Shown one piece after another: positions 8,070 to 17,421 of a DNA stretch of 37,829 bases. The stretch comes from a virus. How positions within the stretch are numbered: the stretch's first letter is position 1; each line of letters starts with the position of its first letter. A program made the translations under genes and the position numbers. A model generated the notes under the pieces. It did not search any database, was not told the DNA's origin, and was given only the letters and a program-made list of their open reading frames with translations. The stretch lies in UHGV virus genome UHGV-0310098; one strand, 5' to 3'.

Positions 8070-8716
8070 TGACGAAAACAGAAGAAACATGGAGTGAAGG
8101 GAAGAGAGTTAGAGAAGCGATAAAATTAATAAATCATTGTATTGATATCCAGGGAAAATGCAAAAGAATGAGAGAAAAAGAAATTAAGTGGGTAGATATA
8201 AAGGGCTTTGAAGGAAGATACAAAATTAATCAATATGGAGAAGTGCTTAGCACTGGAAAAAGCGAAAATAAAACAGGAACTGGAAACTATGATAGAAAAG
8301 AAAAAATTTTAACTCAATCAACGAATAATAAAGGATACAAGATTGTTCATCTCTATAAAGATAGAAAGGATCATCAGTTGCTTGTGCATAGATTGGTCGC
8401 TGAAATGTTTTTGGATAATCCATATAATTATGAAGTCGTAAATCACAAAGACGAAAACCCAGAAAATAATTGCTTGGAAAACCTAGAATGGTGCACGCAA
8501 AAATACAATATGAATTATGGAACGTCAAAATACAGAATTGGCAAGAAGAATAGTAAAAAGGTACTTCAATTTAGCAAAGATGGTATTTTAATAAAAGAGC
8601 ATTCTTCAATAATAGGAGCTGCTAGAGAATTAAATATATCTGACGGGAATATTGGAGATTGTTTAAAAGGGAGAACTAAAACAGCTGGAGGATATGTATG
8701 GAAATACGCAATATAG
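8069..8716 (+). CDS. HNH homing-type endonuclease (NUMOD4 plus HNH_3)
   Basis: NUMOD4-like WVDIKGFEGRYKINQYGEV. HNH_3-like HRLVAEMFLDNP...NHKDENPENNCLENLEW. C-terminal IENE-like DNA-binding segment. Much more AT-rich than the neighbouring genes. Confidence 0.8.
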   Translation: MTKTEETWSEGKRVREAIKLINHCIDIQGKCKRMREKEIKWVDIKGFEGRYKINQYGEVLSTGKSENKTGTGNYDRKEKILTQSTNNKGYKIVHLYKDRKDHQLLVHRLVAEMFLDNPYNYEVVNHKDENPENNCLENLEWCTQKYNMNYGTSKYRIGKKNSKKVLQFSKDGILIKEHSSIIGAARELNISDGNIGDCLKGRTKTAGGYVWKYAI

Positions 8717-9111
8717 TTTTTAAAGCAAAGAGAATAGATAATGGAGAATGGGTGGAAGGAGATTTAGAGCATACGAAATATGATGATGTAATCTGGATTG
8801 TAGATGTGCGTGGAGAAAAGTGTTATAGATGCGATTCAGACACCATATGCCAATACACAGGACTTACCGACAAGAACGGCGAGAAGATTTGGGAGAATGA
8901 TATTGTTGAATGTAATAAAAGAAAAGAAGAATGTGGATTATATAAAGTCATTTGGAGAAAAGAGTATGCTGATTTTGGGGTTGTGCCTATAAGCAATACA
9001 TGCATAGGACAATATCCAATAGGGTTTAGCTACGGAAAGACATTACATGGGAGAGATTATAAATCGGTCGGAAACATTTTTGATAATCCAGAGTTGTTGG
9101 AGGTGGAATAA
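8698..9111 (+). CDS. YopX-family protein (putative)
   Basis: N-terminus IVFKAKRIDNGEWVEGDL and motif QYTGLTDKNGEKIWENDIV are typical of YopX. Confidence 0.45.
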   Translation: MEIRNIVFKAKRIDNGEWVEGDLEHTKYDDVIWIVDVRGEKCYRCDSDTICQYTGLTDKNGEKIWENDIVECNKRKEECGLYKVIWRKEYADFGVVPISNTCIGQYPIGFSYGKTLHGRDYKSVGNIFDNPELLEVE

Positions 9112-9227
9112 TGAAAAAAGAGTGCATAAAATGCAAATATTATAAAAACTACTATAAATCAACAGAATGTTATTGTGAAAAAGGTTATTGCGTTATGGAT
9201 AAGAAATATAGGAGACGGAGTAAATGA
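9111..9227 (+). CDS. 38-aa cysteine-rich small protein (C-x2-C ... C-x-C ... C)
   Basis: ATG overlaps the previous stop (TAATG) and its own stop overlaps the next ATG. MKKECIKCKYYKNYYKSTECYCEKGYCVMDKKYRRRSK. Confidence 0.35.
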   Translation: MKKECIKCKYYKNYYKSTECYCEKGYCVMDKKYRRRSK

Positions 9228-9595
9228 ACGTACTAGAGAAGATTTTAGAAGAGATTGAAGAACGTGTGAACATGGTTAAAAACATTCCAGTCAATGAAGA
9301 TGATGATTTTCTGGATGGTGAGGAATGTTATGAAGCCGGAAGAATACAAGGTCGATATGAAGAGCTAGTATGGTGCAGAAATATAATTCGTTCCCACATG
9401 GACGAAGTTCTGGATAATAATGACGGTTGGATCCCGGTGGGAGAGAGGCTGCCGGAGGATGGAAAAGAAGTTTTATGCACAGATGGGAAATACATCTATT
9501 TAGTAGAGTATGATGCGGACTTAGACGCAGCGTTCGGAGAAGTGGATGGAATTATAGAATGGCAGCCACTTCCAAAACCATACAAGGAGGAATAA
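9224..9595 (+). CDS. DUF551-domain phage protein
   Basis: GWIPVGERLPEDGKEVLC...EWQPLP is the characteristic DUF551 motif. Confidence 0.55.
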   Translation: MNVLEKILEEIEERVNMVKNIPVNEDDDFLDGEECYEAGRIQGRYEELVWCRNIIRSHMDEVLDNNDGWIPVGERLPEDGKEVLCTDGKYIYLVEYDADLDAAFGEVDGIIEWQPLPKPYKEE

Positions 9596-9596
9596 C

Positions 9597-9788
9597 ATGG
9601 ACATTTTAATCACAATCGCATTCCTAGCCCTGTATTACATCCTGGGGCTTGGAACAGTGATTGCCCTAAAGACAGGATTGGAAGAGGATGTAAAACTAGA
9701 AGGTGCGGATTACCTGATGGCTGCGGGATTTCCGATACTGCTATTTGTGGTGTTTTTGGATTGGATTGTGCGAAAGATAGTGAGGTAG
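9597..9788 (+). CDS. small two-TM membrane protein
   Basis: AAGGAGG RBS; two hydrophobic helices. Confidence 0.45.
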   Translation: MDILITIAFLALYYILGLGTVIALKTGLEEDVKLEGADYLMAAGFPILLFVVFLDWIVRKIVR

Positions 9789-9792
9789 GAAG

Positions 9793-10386
9793 ATGAAAAA
9801 GTTTAAATGGAAAGAATTTAAAAATAAATACAATAAGATTGCGGTGTACTGTAAGACTGAGGAGGAAGCGAAAGACTTCTGCAAGCAGATGCACAAACAT
9901 AGGATGAAGTGGTGTAACGGAAAAAGTTATTTGAAAAATACAAATTATATGCGCAACGAAGGAACGTGTTATTACGGAAACGGAGAATATTCGACTCGTG
10001 ATTTTGCGGAAAAGTACAATTATAAAATCTTAGAATGGAGTGATTACATGGACAAAGAATTTACCAAGGCAGATTTGAGAGATGGGATGGTAGTTGAGCA
10101 AAGAAATGGTGAAATGTATCTTGTATTGGCCGGGATGGTAGTGAGAAGAGGCGGACGCAATCATATAGGCGGTTATGATGATGACTTGAAATGGGAAGGT
10201 TATACAGGAAGAGACATCGTTAAAGTCTATAGAATTACTCCGGAATCACTCGGATGCATAGAAGATGTGTTTATTAAAAGCGACCTTGAACTCATTTGGG
10301 AGCGCAAAGAACCAAAGAAAATGACAGTGGAAGAAATGCGGAAGAAGTTGGAAGAGCTGACCGGAGAGGAAATTGAGGTGGTGTAG
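9793..10386 (+). CDS. hypothetical protein (197 aa)
   Basis: ORF track; GAGGTAGG RBS; no recognised family. Confidence 0.5.
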   Translation: MKKFKWKEFKNKYNKIAVYCKTEEEAKDFCKQMHKHRMKWCNGKSYLKNTNYMRNEGTCYYGNGEYSTRDFAEKYNYKILEWSDYMDKEFTKADLRDGMVVEQRNGEMYLVLAGMVVRRGGRNHIGGYDDDLKWEGYTGRDIVKVYRITPESLGCIEDVFIKSDLELIWERKEPKKMTVEEMRKKLEELTGEEIEVV

Positions 10387-10388
10387 GA

Positions 10389-10613
10389 ATGACAAGAGAG
10401 ACTATGAAGCGCAGAAAGGAGACAGCAGACCCCGTGAGAAAGATAGAAGCATACAAGATGGCAACGAGAAAGCCCTGTGAGACAGCTTTAAAGCAACAGG
10501 AGCATAAAGCCTTTGCCTGTGACTTTAAAGGCGGCGAGAGGGCAAATAAGGACGCTGTGGAGTACATAGCAGAGAAATACAACATAAAAGAGCGGATCCC
10601 GGGAGGTGATTGA
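10389..10613 (+). CDS. hypothetical basic protein (74 aa)
   Basis: GAGGTGG RBS. Confidence 0.4.
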   Translation: MTRETMKRRKETADPVRKIEAYKMATRKPCETALKQQEHKAFACDFKGGERANKDAVEYIAEKYNIKERIPGGD

Positions 10614-11028
10614 ATTGGACAAGAAAACACTGAAAAAGTATAAGCCAAACAAAGATAGACTTATCCGGATTGAGAACCAGATACAAGAACTTTGCGAACG
10701 GGAACCAACTGTTGTTATGGGGAAAGTAACAGGATCCAGCGCAGATTTTCCGTACACCGAAGTGAGAACGTCTGTACAAATGTATGACCCTTACGAAGAA
10801 GAGAATGTAAGACGGCAGATCAGAAGAAAAGAAGCGGATAGGCTACTGATTCTGAAGGAGCAGAAAGAAGTTGAAGACTACATAAATGGGATTGATGATC
10901 CGGAGATTAAAGAGATATTTGAGTTGGCATTTGTGGAAGGTAAGAAGCAGCAAGAGGTTGCAGACATCATTGGATATACCCAGGCGCGAGTATCGCAGAT
11001 TATAAGCGCACAGCTTAAAGATTTATAG
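10606..11028 (+). CDS. sigma-70 region-4-like late transcriptional activator (ArpU/RinA/DUF1492-type)
   Basis: C-terminal EIFELAFVEGKKQQEVADIIGYTQARVSQIISAQL is a region-4-like HTH. Last gene before the packaging module. Start uncertain: GTG at 10606 per track, or TTG at 10615 eight nt after GGGAGG. Confidence 0.55.
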   Translation: MIELDKKTLKKYKPNKDRLIRIENQIQELCEREPTVVMGKVTGSSADFPYTEVRTSVQMYDPYEEENVRRQIRRKEADRLLILKEQKEVEDYINGIDDPEIKEIFELAFVEGKKQQEVADIIGYTQARVSQIISAQLKDL

Positions 11029-11107
11029 CATTTATATTTTACTTATGCTATAATTATCCTAGAACGATTGTATATTGTTCTAAAACAATCTTTCCAAACA
11101 TTCAGAA

Positions 11108-11148
11108 CACCGCCGGACTTTTACCCTTTCTTGTCTGGCGGTGTTTTT
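11108..11148 (+). terminator. rho-independent terminator after the early/activator operon
   Basis: 11-bp stem CACCGCCGGAC/GTCTGGCGGTG (one G-T pair), 14-nt loop, followed by TTTTT. Confidence 0.6.
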
Positions 11149-11151
11149 ACG

Positions 11152-11193
11152 CCGTGGTCAGTTGGGACAAGCGGGTTCGATCCCTGCACACGG
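11152..11193 (+). other. tRNA-like remnant (acceptor-like stem plus D-arm-like plus canonical T-arm, no anticodon arm)
   Basis: CCGTG GTCAGTTGGGAC AA GCGGG-TTCGATC-CCTGC A CACGG. GGTTCGATCC is a canonical T-loop. Confidence 0.25.
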
Positions 11194-11385
11194 TTTAGTA
11201 GCATATCACGGTAAATATTAAAAATCCGGAATGCCGTGGAAGTGCTACGGAGTGATATCACAAAACGCAGATATCCGCAGATCTGCCAGAACAACAAACA
11301 AAAATAGATTCAGCAATCTATATTTAGTGTAATCAGCGTACCCGAGTGCGGATAGGGTAAAGGATGTCAATAAAGGGCATCCTAT

Positions 11386-11458
11386 GGGTGTATAGCTCAG
11401 TAGGTAGAGCAATCGGCTGTTAACCGATGTGTCGTAGGTTCGAGTCCTGCTATACCCG
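11386..11458 (+). tRNA. tRNA-Asn (anticodon GUU), phage-encoded
   Basis: Hand-folded cloverleaf. Acceptor GGGTGTA/TATACCC, D stem GCTC/GAGC, anticodon stem ATCGG/CCGAT with loop CTGTTAA, T stem GTAGG/CCTGC with loop TTCGAGT, discriminator G, no encoded CCA. Confidence 0.85.
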
Positions 11459-11617
11459 CTGTGGACTACTTCAAGTTCCCTCCTTTTTTATAAATTTTGA
11501 TTGTGTACTTGGTTATTTTGGTTTTTGTTGGCATTTGTAATTCTTTCGAGCAGTAGTCCTGAATTCTTGGCATCCAGAGATGGGTGCTTTTATTATGTTT
11601 TAAAGGTGGTGGGTCGG

Positions 11618-12085
11618 ATGGCAAAAGGTAAATATCAGGAATGGCTAGAGCCGGAAGGCTTGCTAAAGATAGAGGGATGGGCGAGAGACGGTCTGACGGA
11701 TGAACAGATTGCAGATAATATCGGGATTTCCAGAAGCACATTAAATAGCTGGAAAGACAAGTATTCGGACATTTCGGACACCCTAAAAAGAGGGAAAGAG
11801 GTCGTTGATCGTCAAGTCGAGAATGCTCTGTTAAAACGTGCGCTCGGATATGAGTACACGGAAACAACCAGAGAATACATACCGGAACTTGATGAGATGA
11901 AAACTACGAAAAAGGTCACAAAGCAAGTAGTACCAGACACAACAGCCCAGATCTTTTGGCTGAAGAACCGGAAACCAGACAAGTGGAGAGATAAGCAGGA
12001 ATACGAGGACAGAACAGCAATTGAAAAGCTTGATGAAATCTTGAAAGGATTGCATGACAATGCAGCTAAGCAAAAAACAGAATGA
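11618..12085 (+). CDS. terminase small subunit
   Basis: HTH segment GLTDEQIADNIGISRSTLNSWK. Immediately upstream of TerL. ATG at 11618 preceded by AAAGGTGGTGGG; the track ORF starts earlier at 11501 without an RBS. Confidence 0.65.
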   Translation: MAKGKYQEWLEPEGLLKIEGWARDGLTDEQIADNIGISRSTLNSWKDKYSDISDTLKRGKEVVDRQVENALLKRALGYEYTETTREYIPELDEMKTTKKVTKQVVPDTTAQIFWLKNRKPDKWRDKQEYEDRTAIEKLDEILKGLHDNAAKQKTE

Positions 12086-13301
12086 ATACATCATAAACGC
12101 AACTCATAGATGGAATATCAAGTCCGGAGCGGTTCGTTCTGGAAAGTCTTTTGTAGACACTGCTTATATCGTGCCTAAAAGAATCCGAGAGAGAGCTGGA
12201 CTTCCCGGCTTAAATGTAATCATGGGTGTCTCCAAAGAATCCATAGAGCGAAACGTACTCCAACCGATGAGAGAGATCTATACCAGTGATCTAATCGGGA
12301 ACATTAACAACCGGAATGTGGCAAGAGTATGCGGAGAGGATGTTTATTGTCTCGGTGCAGAAAAGGTCAGTCAGGTCGCGAAGATACAGGGAGCGTCCAT
12401 TAAGTACTGTTACGGCGATGAGATAGCAAAATGGAACAAAGAGGTGTTCCAGATGCTTAAATCCCGTCTCGATAAGACGTATTCCTGTTTTGATGGAGCT
12501 TGCAACCCGGAGAATCCGACACATTGGCTAAAAGAATTTCTCGACAATAAAAAATTAGATATCTATTTGCAGAGATACACGATTTTCGACAATCCGTTTC
12601 TGGATCCAGATTTCGTGGAGAAGCTCTGCATCGAATATGACGGTACCGTTTATTATGACCGGTTGATTCTTGGTCTATGGAAACGAGCAGAGGGAGCGAT
12701 TTACCGCAAATTTGCAGATCATCCGAAAGATTTTGTCAAAGAGCCGACTGCATCCGATCTGACAGAGATTGTCATTGGCGTGGACTTTGGTGGTAATAAG
12801 TCTGGTCATTCTTTCGTGGCAAGAGGGTATGACCGAGACAATAATGTATACGGATTGAAGAGTATCCGATACATGAATACGGACACGAAAAGGTTTAAAG
12901 AGGGAATTGATTCAAACATTCTGAATGATCTTCTTATTCAATTTGTTGATGAGGTGCAAGAAAAGTATGGAAAGGTTGATTTTATTTACTGGGATAACGC
13001 GGAGACTACGCTCGGCCAGAGTATACGGAATGCCATGATGAAAGCGCATCCGAATGTAATTGTGAGACCGGCTAAGAAAATTAGGATAAAAGACCGGATT
13101 GAGTGCGTCTTAAAGCTCATGGGAGCTGGGCGCTTTTTTATTACAGAGGATTGCGAAACATTATCGATAGCATTACAAGAAGCGGTGTGGGATGAAAAAG
13201 CATTAAAAGACGATCGTCTGGATGACGGAAGTAGTGATATTGATACACTGGATGCATTTGAGTACACGATAGAACGCGACATTAAAATGCTGACAGAGTG
13301 A
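12054..13301 (+). CDS. terminase large subunit (PBSX/XtmB-like)
   Basis: Walker A-like KSGAVRSGKSF; 415 aa; nuclease-like C-terminal half; position. Confidence 0.85.
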   Translation: MTMQLSKKQNEYIINATHRWNIKSGAVRSGKSFVDTAYIVPKRIRERAGLPGLNVIMGVSKESIERNVLQPMREIYTSDLIGNINNRNVARVCGEDVYCLGAEKVSQVAKIQGASIKYCYGDEIAKWNKEVFQMLKSRLDKTYSCFDGACNPENPTHWLKEFLDNKKLDIYLQRYTIFDNPFLDPDFVEKLCIEYDGTVYYDRLILGLWKRAEGAIYRKFADHPKDFVKEPTASDLTEIVIGVDFGGNKSGHSFVARGYDRDNNVYGLKSIRYMNTDTKRFKEGIDSNILNDLLIQFVDEVQEKYGKVDFIYWDNAETTLGQSIRNAMMKAHPNVIVRPAKKIRIKDRIECVLKLMGAGRFFITEDCETLSIALQEAVWDEKALKDDRLDDGSSDIDTLDAFEYTIERDIKMLTE

Positions 13302-13309
13302 GGTGCAAG

Positions 13310-14644
13310 ATGTTTAAGTTTATTAACAAGGTTATTACAGGAGTGTTTAACATGATAAGCAGAACCACGATGAAGCAGGTGTTGAGAGAATCTCCTGCAA
13401 TTACAAGCACAATGGTGCAGAAAATAAATGAATGGAACAGCATGCTCTCTGGGAATGCAGACTGGTGCAAGGATTATGTGAAGTCCCTGAGGATTGAACA
13501 GGGGATATGTAGAGAGTTTGCAGATGTTGTGCTGTCGGAAATGGAAATAAAAATATCGAACGATAAGCTCTTAAAACTGTTTGAGAAAACCACAGAGAGC
13601 CTGAATGAGAATCTACAGGACGGTCTTGGACTTGGTTCGTTCTGCCTAAAACCCCTTGGAAATGAACAGGCAGAGTTCGTGACAGCAGATAAGTTCATCC
13701 CGGTGAGCTTTGGAAATGATGAGAAGCCGAACGATATAGTCTTTCTGGACTTCCGAGACATAGACGATGCAAAGTATTATGTTCGCCTGGAGCGGCACAG
13801 TATCAAAAACGGATTCCTCGAGATCACAAACGAAGCCTATTGCTCATCCACAAGATATGGATTTGACCGGAAAATCTCTCTGGAAAGCTTAGAAGCATGG
13901 GCTGGACTGCCGGAGCATGTAGCGTATCCGGGAGTAAGGGAGATGGATTTTGGGTACTACAGAAATCCGATAAAAAACAGGGTTGACGACACGCCATGCG
14001 GTGTGTCTATTTTTGATTCCGCGATCAACCTTATTGAGAGAGCTGATGTGCAGGGAGCAAGGATAGACTGGGAATTTGAATCCGGAGAGAGGGCAATCCA
14101 CGTGGACGCTGCAGCCATTAAGAGAGAGCCAGATGGACGGAATGGAGTATCTAAGCTAAGCAAGCGCTTATATGTTGGAATCGACAGCGAGGAAGGGTTT
14201 TACAAAGAGTTCTCGCCGGAATTCCGGGAAGAGAATCTAATAAACGGTCTAGATAACTACCTCAGACAGATCGAGCTTGTAGTCGGACTTGCATTCGGAG
14301 ATTTAAGCAATCCGCAGAGCATCGACAAGACAGCCACAGAAGTAAAAGTATCCAAAAACCGGAAGTACAACCGAGTAAAGGCGATTCAAGATAATTTAAG
14401 GGACTGCTTAGAGGATTTTGTAAGAGGTATGGCGTTCCACGAGGGGATGCTTCATTCCGGATATGAGTTTATCTGCAGTTTTAAAGATTCGATCCTGACA
14501 GACGAGGAAACGGACAGACAACTGATGCTAAATGAGATAGCAGCCGGAATCAGATCACACTGGGAGTACAGGGTTCGATTCCTCGGGGAGGATGAAGAAA
14601 CTGCAAAAGCGAATGTGCCGGATCAAGGTGGAGTAATGGAGTGA
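13310..14644 (+). CDS. portal protein
   Basis: About 445 aa gene after TerL. ATG at 13310 with GAGGTG RBS; the track GTG at 13298 overlaps the TerL stop. Confidence 0.7.
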   Translation: MFKFINKVITGVFNMISRTTMKQVLRESPAITSTMVQKINEWNSMLSGNADWCKDYVKSLRIEQGICREFADVVLSEMEIKISNDKLLKLFEKTTESLNENLQDGLGLGSFCLKPLGNEQAEFVTADKFIPVSFGNDEKPNDIVFLDFRDIDDAKYYVRLERHSIKNGFLEITNEAYCSSTRYGFDRKISLESLEAWAGLPEHVAYPGVREMDFGYYRNPIKNRVDDTPCGVSIFDSAINLIERADVQGARIDWEFESGERAIHVDAAAIKREPDGRNGVSKLSKRLYVGIDSEEGFYKEFSPEFREENLINGLDNYLRQIELVVGLAFGDLSNPQSIDKTATEVKVSKNRKYNRVKAIQDNLRDCLEDFVRGMAFHEGMLHSGYEFICSFKDSILTDEETDRQLMLNEIAAGIRSHWEYRVRFLGEDEETAKANVPDQGGVME

Positions 14645-14650
14645 TAGGTA

Positions 14651-15808
14651 ATGGATAAGCCAGATGTCGTAAAAACGTCTCTCAGAATGGAATCTATCTG
14701 GATGGATGCTGAGAACCGGATCATACAGGATATCGTTCGCAGGATACGCAAGACCGGAAAGATCACATCCACTGCAGATTACCAGATTAACAGACTGGTA
14801 GAGATGGGGAAGAGCACCGAAGAGGTGGAAAAAATCCTAAAAGATGCTCTGAAAGCTACGTACCCGGAGATGTTTAAACTTTATGACGATATAGCAGAGT
14901 GGCAGTACGTGCGAGATAAAAGCATATATGAGCAGGTTAATAGAGAATTTATACCAGCAGAGGAAAATGAACAGCTCAAGCAGGTGTCACAGGCTGTCAG
15001 AAAGCAGACACAGGACGAGTTGCATAACCTTGCAAGGTCTTATGGATTCTCGGTCTTAATGGGTAATCGTCGCGTATTTATGCCGTTTTCGGAGTATTAC
15101 CAGCGATATGTCGATATGGCAATCACAGACGTGATAAGCGGTGCCTTTGATTACAACACGGTCATCCGTAGAGTTGTCACACAGATGACGAACAGTGGGT
15201 TAAGAACCGTGGACTACGCTACAGGATACAGCAACAGAGTACATGTGGCAGTGCGAAGAAGCGTATTGACTGGAGTATCGCAGATCACAGGAGAAATGAA
15301 CAGGATCAATGCTGACAAGCTTGGCACGAATTATTACGAGGTAGACTGGCATCCAGGAGCCAGACCGGAACACCGCAAGTGGCAAGGAAAAGTGTACAGC
15401 AAAGAAGAACTGGTGTCTGTATGCGGTCTTGGAACTGCTACTGGTCTACAAGGAGCTAACTGCTACCATGACTATTACCCATTTGTAAAAGGCGTGTCTG
15501 AGCGGCAGTGGTCGGACGAATGGCTAAGAAAGCAGAATGCCATAGAAAGCAAGATAAAGCGGTGGCAAGGAAAAGAGCTGGATGTCTATGGAATCACACA
15601 GCAACAGCGAAGAATGGAAACCGCAATGAGAGCGCAGCGGTCTAAAATCGTGGCACTAAAGACTGCCAGAGCGGATGCGGATCAGATCTTAAACATGCGA
15701 GTGAAATACAGAGCACAGCTGTACGAGTACACCAAATTCTGCCGGCAAATGGGCGTAGAGCAACAAAGAGAACGGATATACATGGATATGTTAGGGAGAG
15801 TCGCATAG
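14651..15808 (+). CDS. head morphogenesis protein (SPP1 gp7 / Mu F-like)
   Basis: 385 aa following the portal. Motif YYEVDWHPGARPEHRKWQGKV is typical of the Phage_Mu_F family. Confidence 0.6.
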   Translation: MDKPDVVKTSLRMESIWMDAENRIIQDIVRRIRKTGKITSTADYQINRLVEMGKSTEEVEKILKDALKATYPEMFKLYDDIAEWQYVRDKSIYEQVNREFIPAEENEQLKQVSQAVRKQTQDELHNLARSYGFSVLMGNRRVFMPFSEYYQRYVDMAITDVISGAFDYNTVIRRVVTQMTNSGLRTVDYATGYSNRVHVAVRRSVLTGVSQITGEMNRINADKLGTNYYEVDWHPGARPEHRKWQGKVYSKEELVSVCGLGTATGLQGANCYHDYYPFVKGVSERQWSDEWLRKQNAIESKIKRWQGKELDVYGITQQQRRMETAMRAQRSKIVALKTARADADQILNMRVKYRAQLYEYTKFCRQMGVEQQRERIYMDMLGRVA

Positions 15809-15910
15809 GCGGCTCTTTTATTTTGTCCTGCCAAATGACGAGAAACTGGGTACTTACTTGAGACATGTGGTGCGACCACGAGAAAAAGCGAAGCGAAAGG
15901 AAGATGAAGC

Positions 15911-16459
15911 ATGAAAAGAGAGTTTTTAGAAGAAATGGGATTGGAAAAAGAACAGATTGACAAGATTCTGGATGCCAATTCCGCAGATGTCGGAAAAGCA
16001 AGAAGAGATTACGACAACATCAAATCTGAGCTTGATACGACAAAACAGCAGCTTGCAGACGCAAACACGGCTATCGAGGGGTTCGGAGATTACGAAGAAA
16101 TTAAAGGACAGGTGGCTGATTACAAGCAGAAGTATGAAGCATCAGAGGCGGAGAAAGTGCAGATCAAACAGGATTATGAGTTTAATGGAAAACTTGAATC
16201 CGCAGCGAAAAAGCATGGTGCGAGAGCGTTAAAAGCAGTGCTCCCGTTTCTGAAAACAGATGATCTAAAAGCGTCTAAAAATCAAGATACAGACATCGAG
16301 AACGCTTTTAAAGAGCTGAAAGAGAACGAAGAAAGCAAGTTTCTATTTGCAGACGATGAACCAATTAAGAATCCGGTTCTTGGCGGCGGAGCAGAGAAAC
16401 CGGGTGCTTTTGATGCGGTAGCAGCTGCTATGGGACTCACAGAAAAAGATTTTAAATGA
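15911..16459 (+). CDS. scaffolding protein (putative)
   Basis: 182 aa, highly charged coiled-coil, sits between head morphogenesis and capsid genes. Confidence 0.5.
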   Translation: MKREFLEEMGLEKEQIDKILDANSADVGKARRDYDNIKSELDTTKQQLADANTAIEGFGDYEEIKGQVADYKQKYEASEAEKVQIKQDYEFNGKLESAAKKHGARALKAVLPFLKTDDLKASKNQDTDIENAFKELKENEESKFLFADDEPIKNPVLGGGAEKPGAFDAVAAAMGLTEKDFK

Positions 16460-16473
16460 TAAGGAGATAAGAT

Positions 16474-17331
16474 ATGGCAAATTCAATTACGCTTAGAAAA
16501 CAGTATTCCACAATGCTCGACCTCGTGTACAAGAAAAGCTCACTCACATCCGTTTTGGATGGTCCGAGTGATCTGATCCGCGAGGGAGCAAACGCGAATG
16601 AGATTTTAATTCCAAAAATGTCCATGCAGGGACTTGCAAATTATGACAAGTCTGCTGGATATGTAAATGGTGATGTAACTCTCGATTACGAGACTGTTAA
16701 ATGTACCTATGACAGAGGACGTAAATTTAACGTTGATGCTATGGATAACATCGAGAGTGCTGGTGTTGCATTCGGACGTCTGGCTGGAGAATTTATCCGT
16801 ACACAGGTAGTTCCAGAGCTGGACGCATGGAGATTTTCACAGTACGCACAGATTTCCGGTATTACATCTGCAAACGGCGCACTTGCAGATGGCAAAGCCA
16901 CTCTCGCAGCATTAAGAGCAGCGAGAAACGCGATCGAAGATGCAGAGGGAGATGTATCTACATGCTATCTGTTTATTAACCCGGCTCTTGTAGGCATGGT
17001 TGAAGATCTGGATACGACAGCATCTAAGAGAGCACTGGATGGATGGGCTGGCATTATTAGAGTTCCATCCGCAAGATTCTACACAAAAATCGATCTGACC
17101 GCAAACGGTGCCGGTGGTTTTGTGAGGAACACACAGGGTAAAGCGATTAACTTTATGGCGATTGACAGAAACGCTGCTATCCAGTACCAGAAACACACTG
17201 TTCCGAAGATTATTTCTCCGGATCAGAACCAGTCTGCTGATGCTTATATGTACGCATACAGAACGGTTGGAATGTGCGATGCATACAAAAACAAGCTGAA
17301 AGGAATCTACTGCCACCACGTGGGGGAATAA
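16474..17331 (+). CDS. major capsid protein (putative)
   Basis: 285 aa. AAGGAG RBS. Position after the scaffold. Followed by hairpin 17334-17366. Confidence 0.6.
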   Translation: MANSITLRKQYSTMLDLVYKKSSLTSVLDGPSDLIREGANANEILIPKMSMQGLANYDKSAGYVNGDVTLDYETVKCTYDRGRKFNVDAMDNIESAGVAFGRLAGEFIRTQVVPELDAWRFSQYAQISGITSANGALADGKATLAALRAARNAIEDAEGDVSTCYLFINPALVGMVEDLDTTASKRALDGWAGIIRVPSARFYTKIDLTANGAGGFVRNTQGKAINFMAIDRNAAIQYQKHTVPKIISPDQNQSADAYMYAYRTVGMCDAYKNKLKGIYCHHVGE

Positions 17332-17421
17332 TTCCCTCTGACGATGTAGCCTTAGTTGGCAGAGGGAAAGTCGGAAAGGCAAAAGTAGGAAAAGCAAAAT
17401 AGTATAATGGAGGTATTCAAA

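Noticed and set aside
17334-17366. Hairpin CCCTCTG-N19-CAGAGGG after the major capsid gene
   Set aside because: Long loop and no U-tract. Possibly an mRNA stability element. Not called as a terminator.
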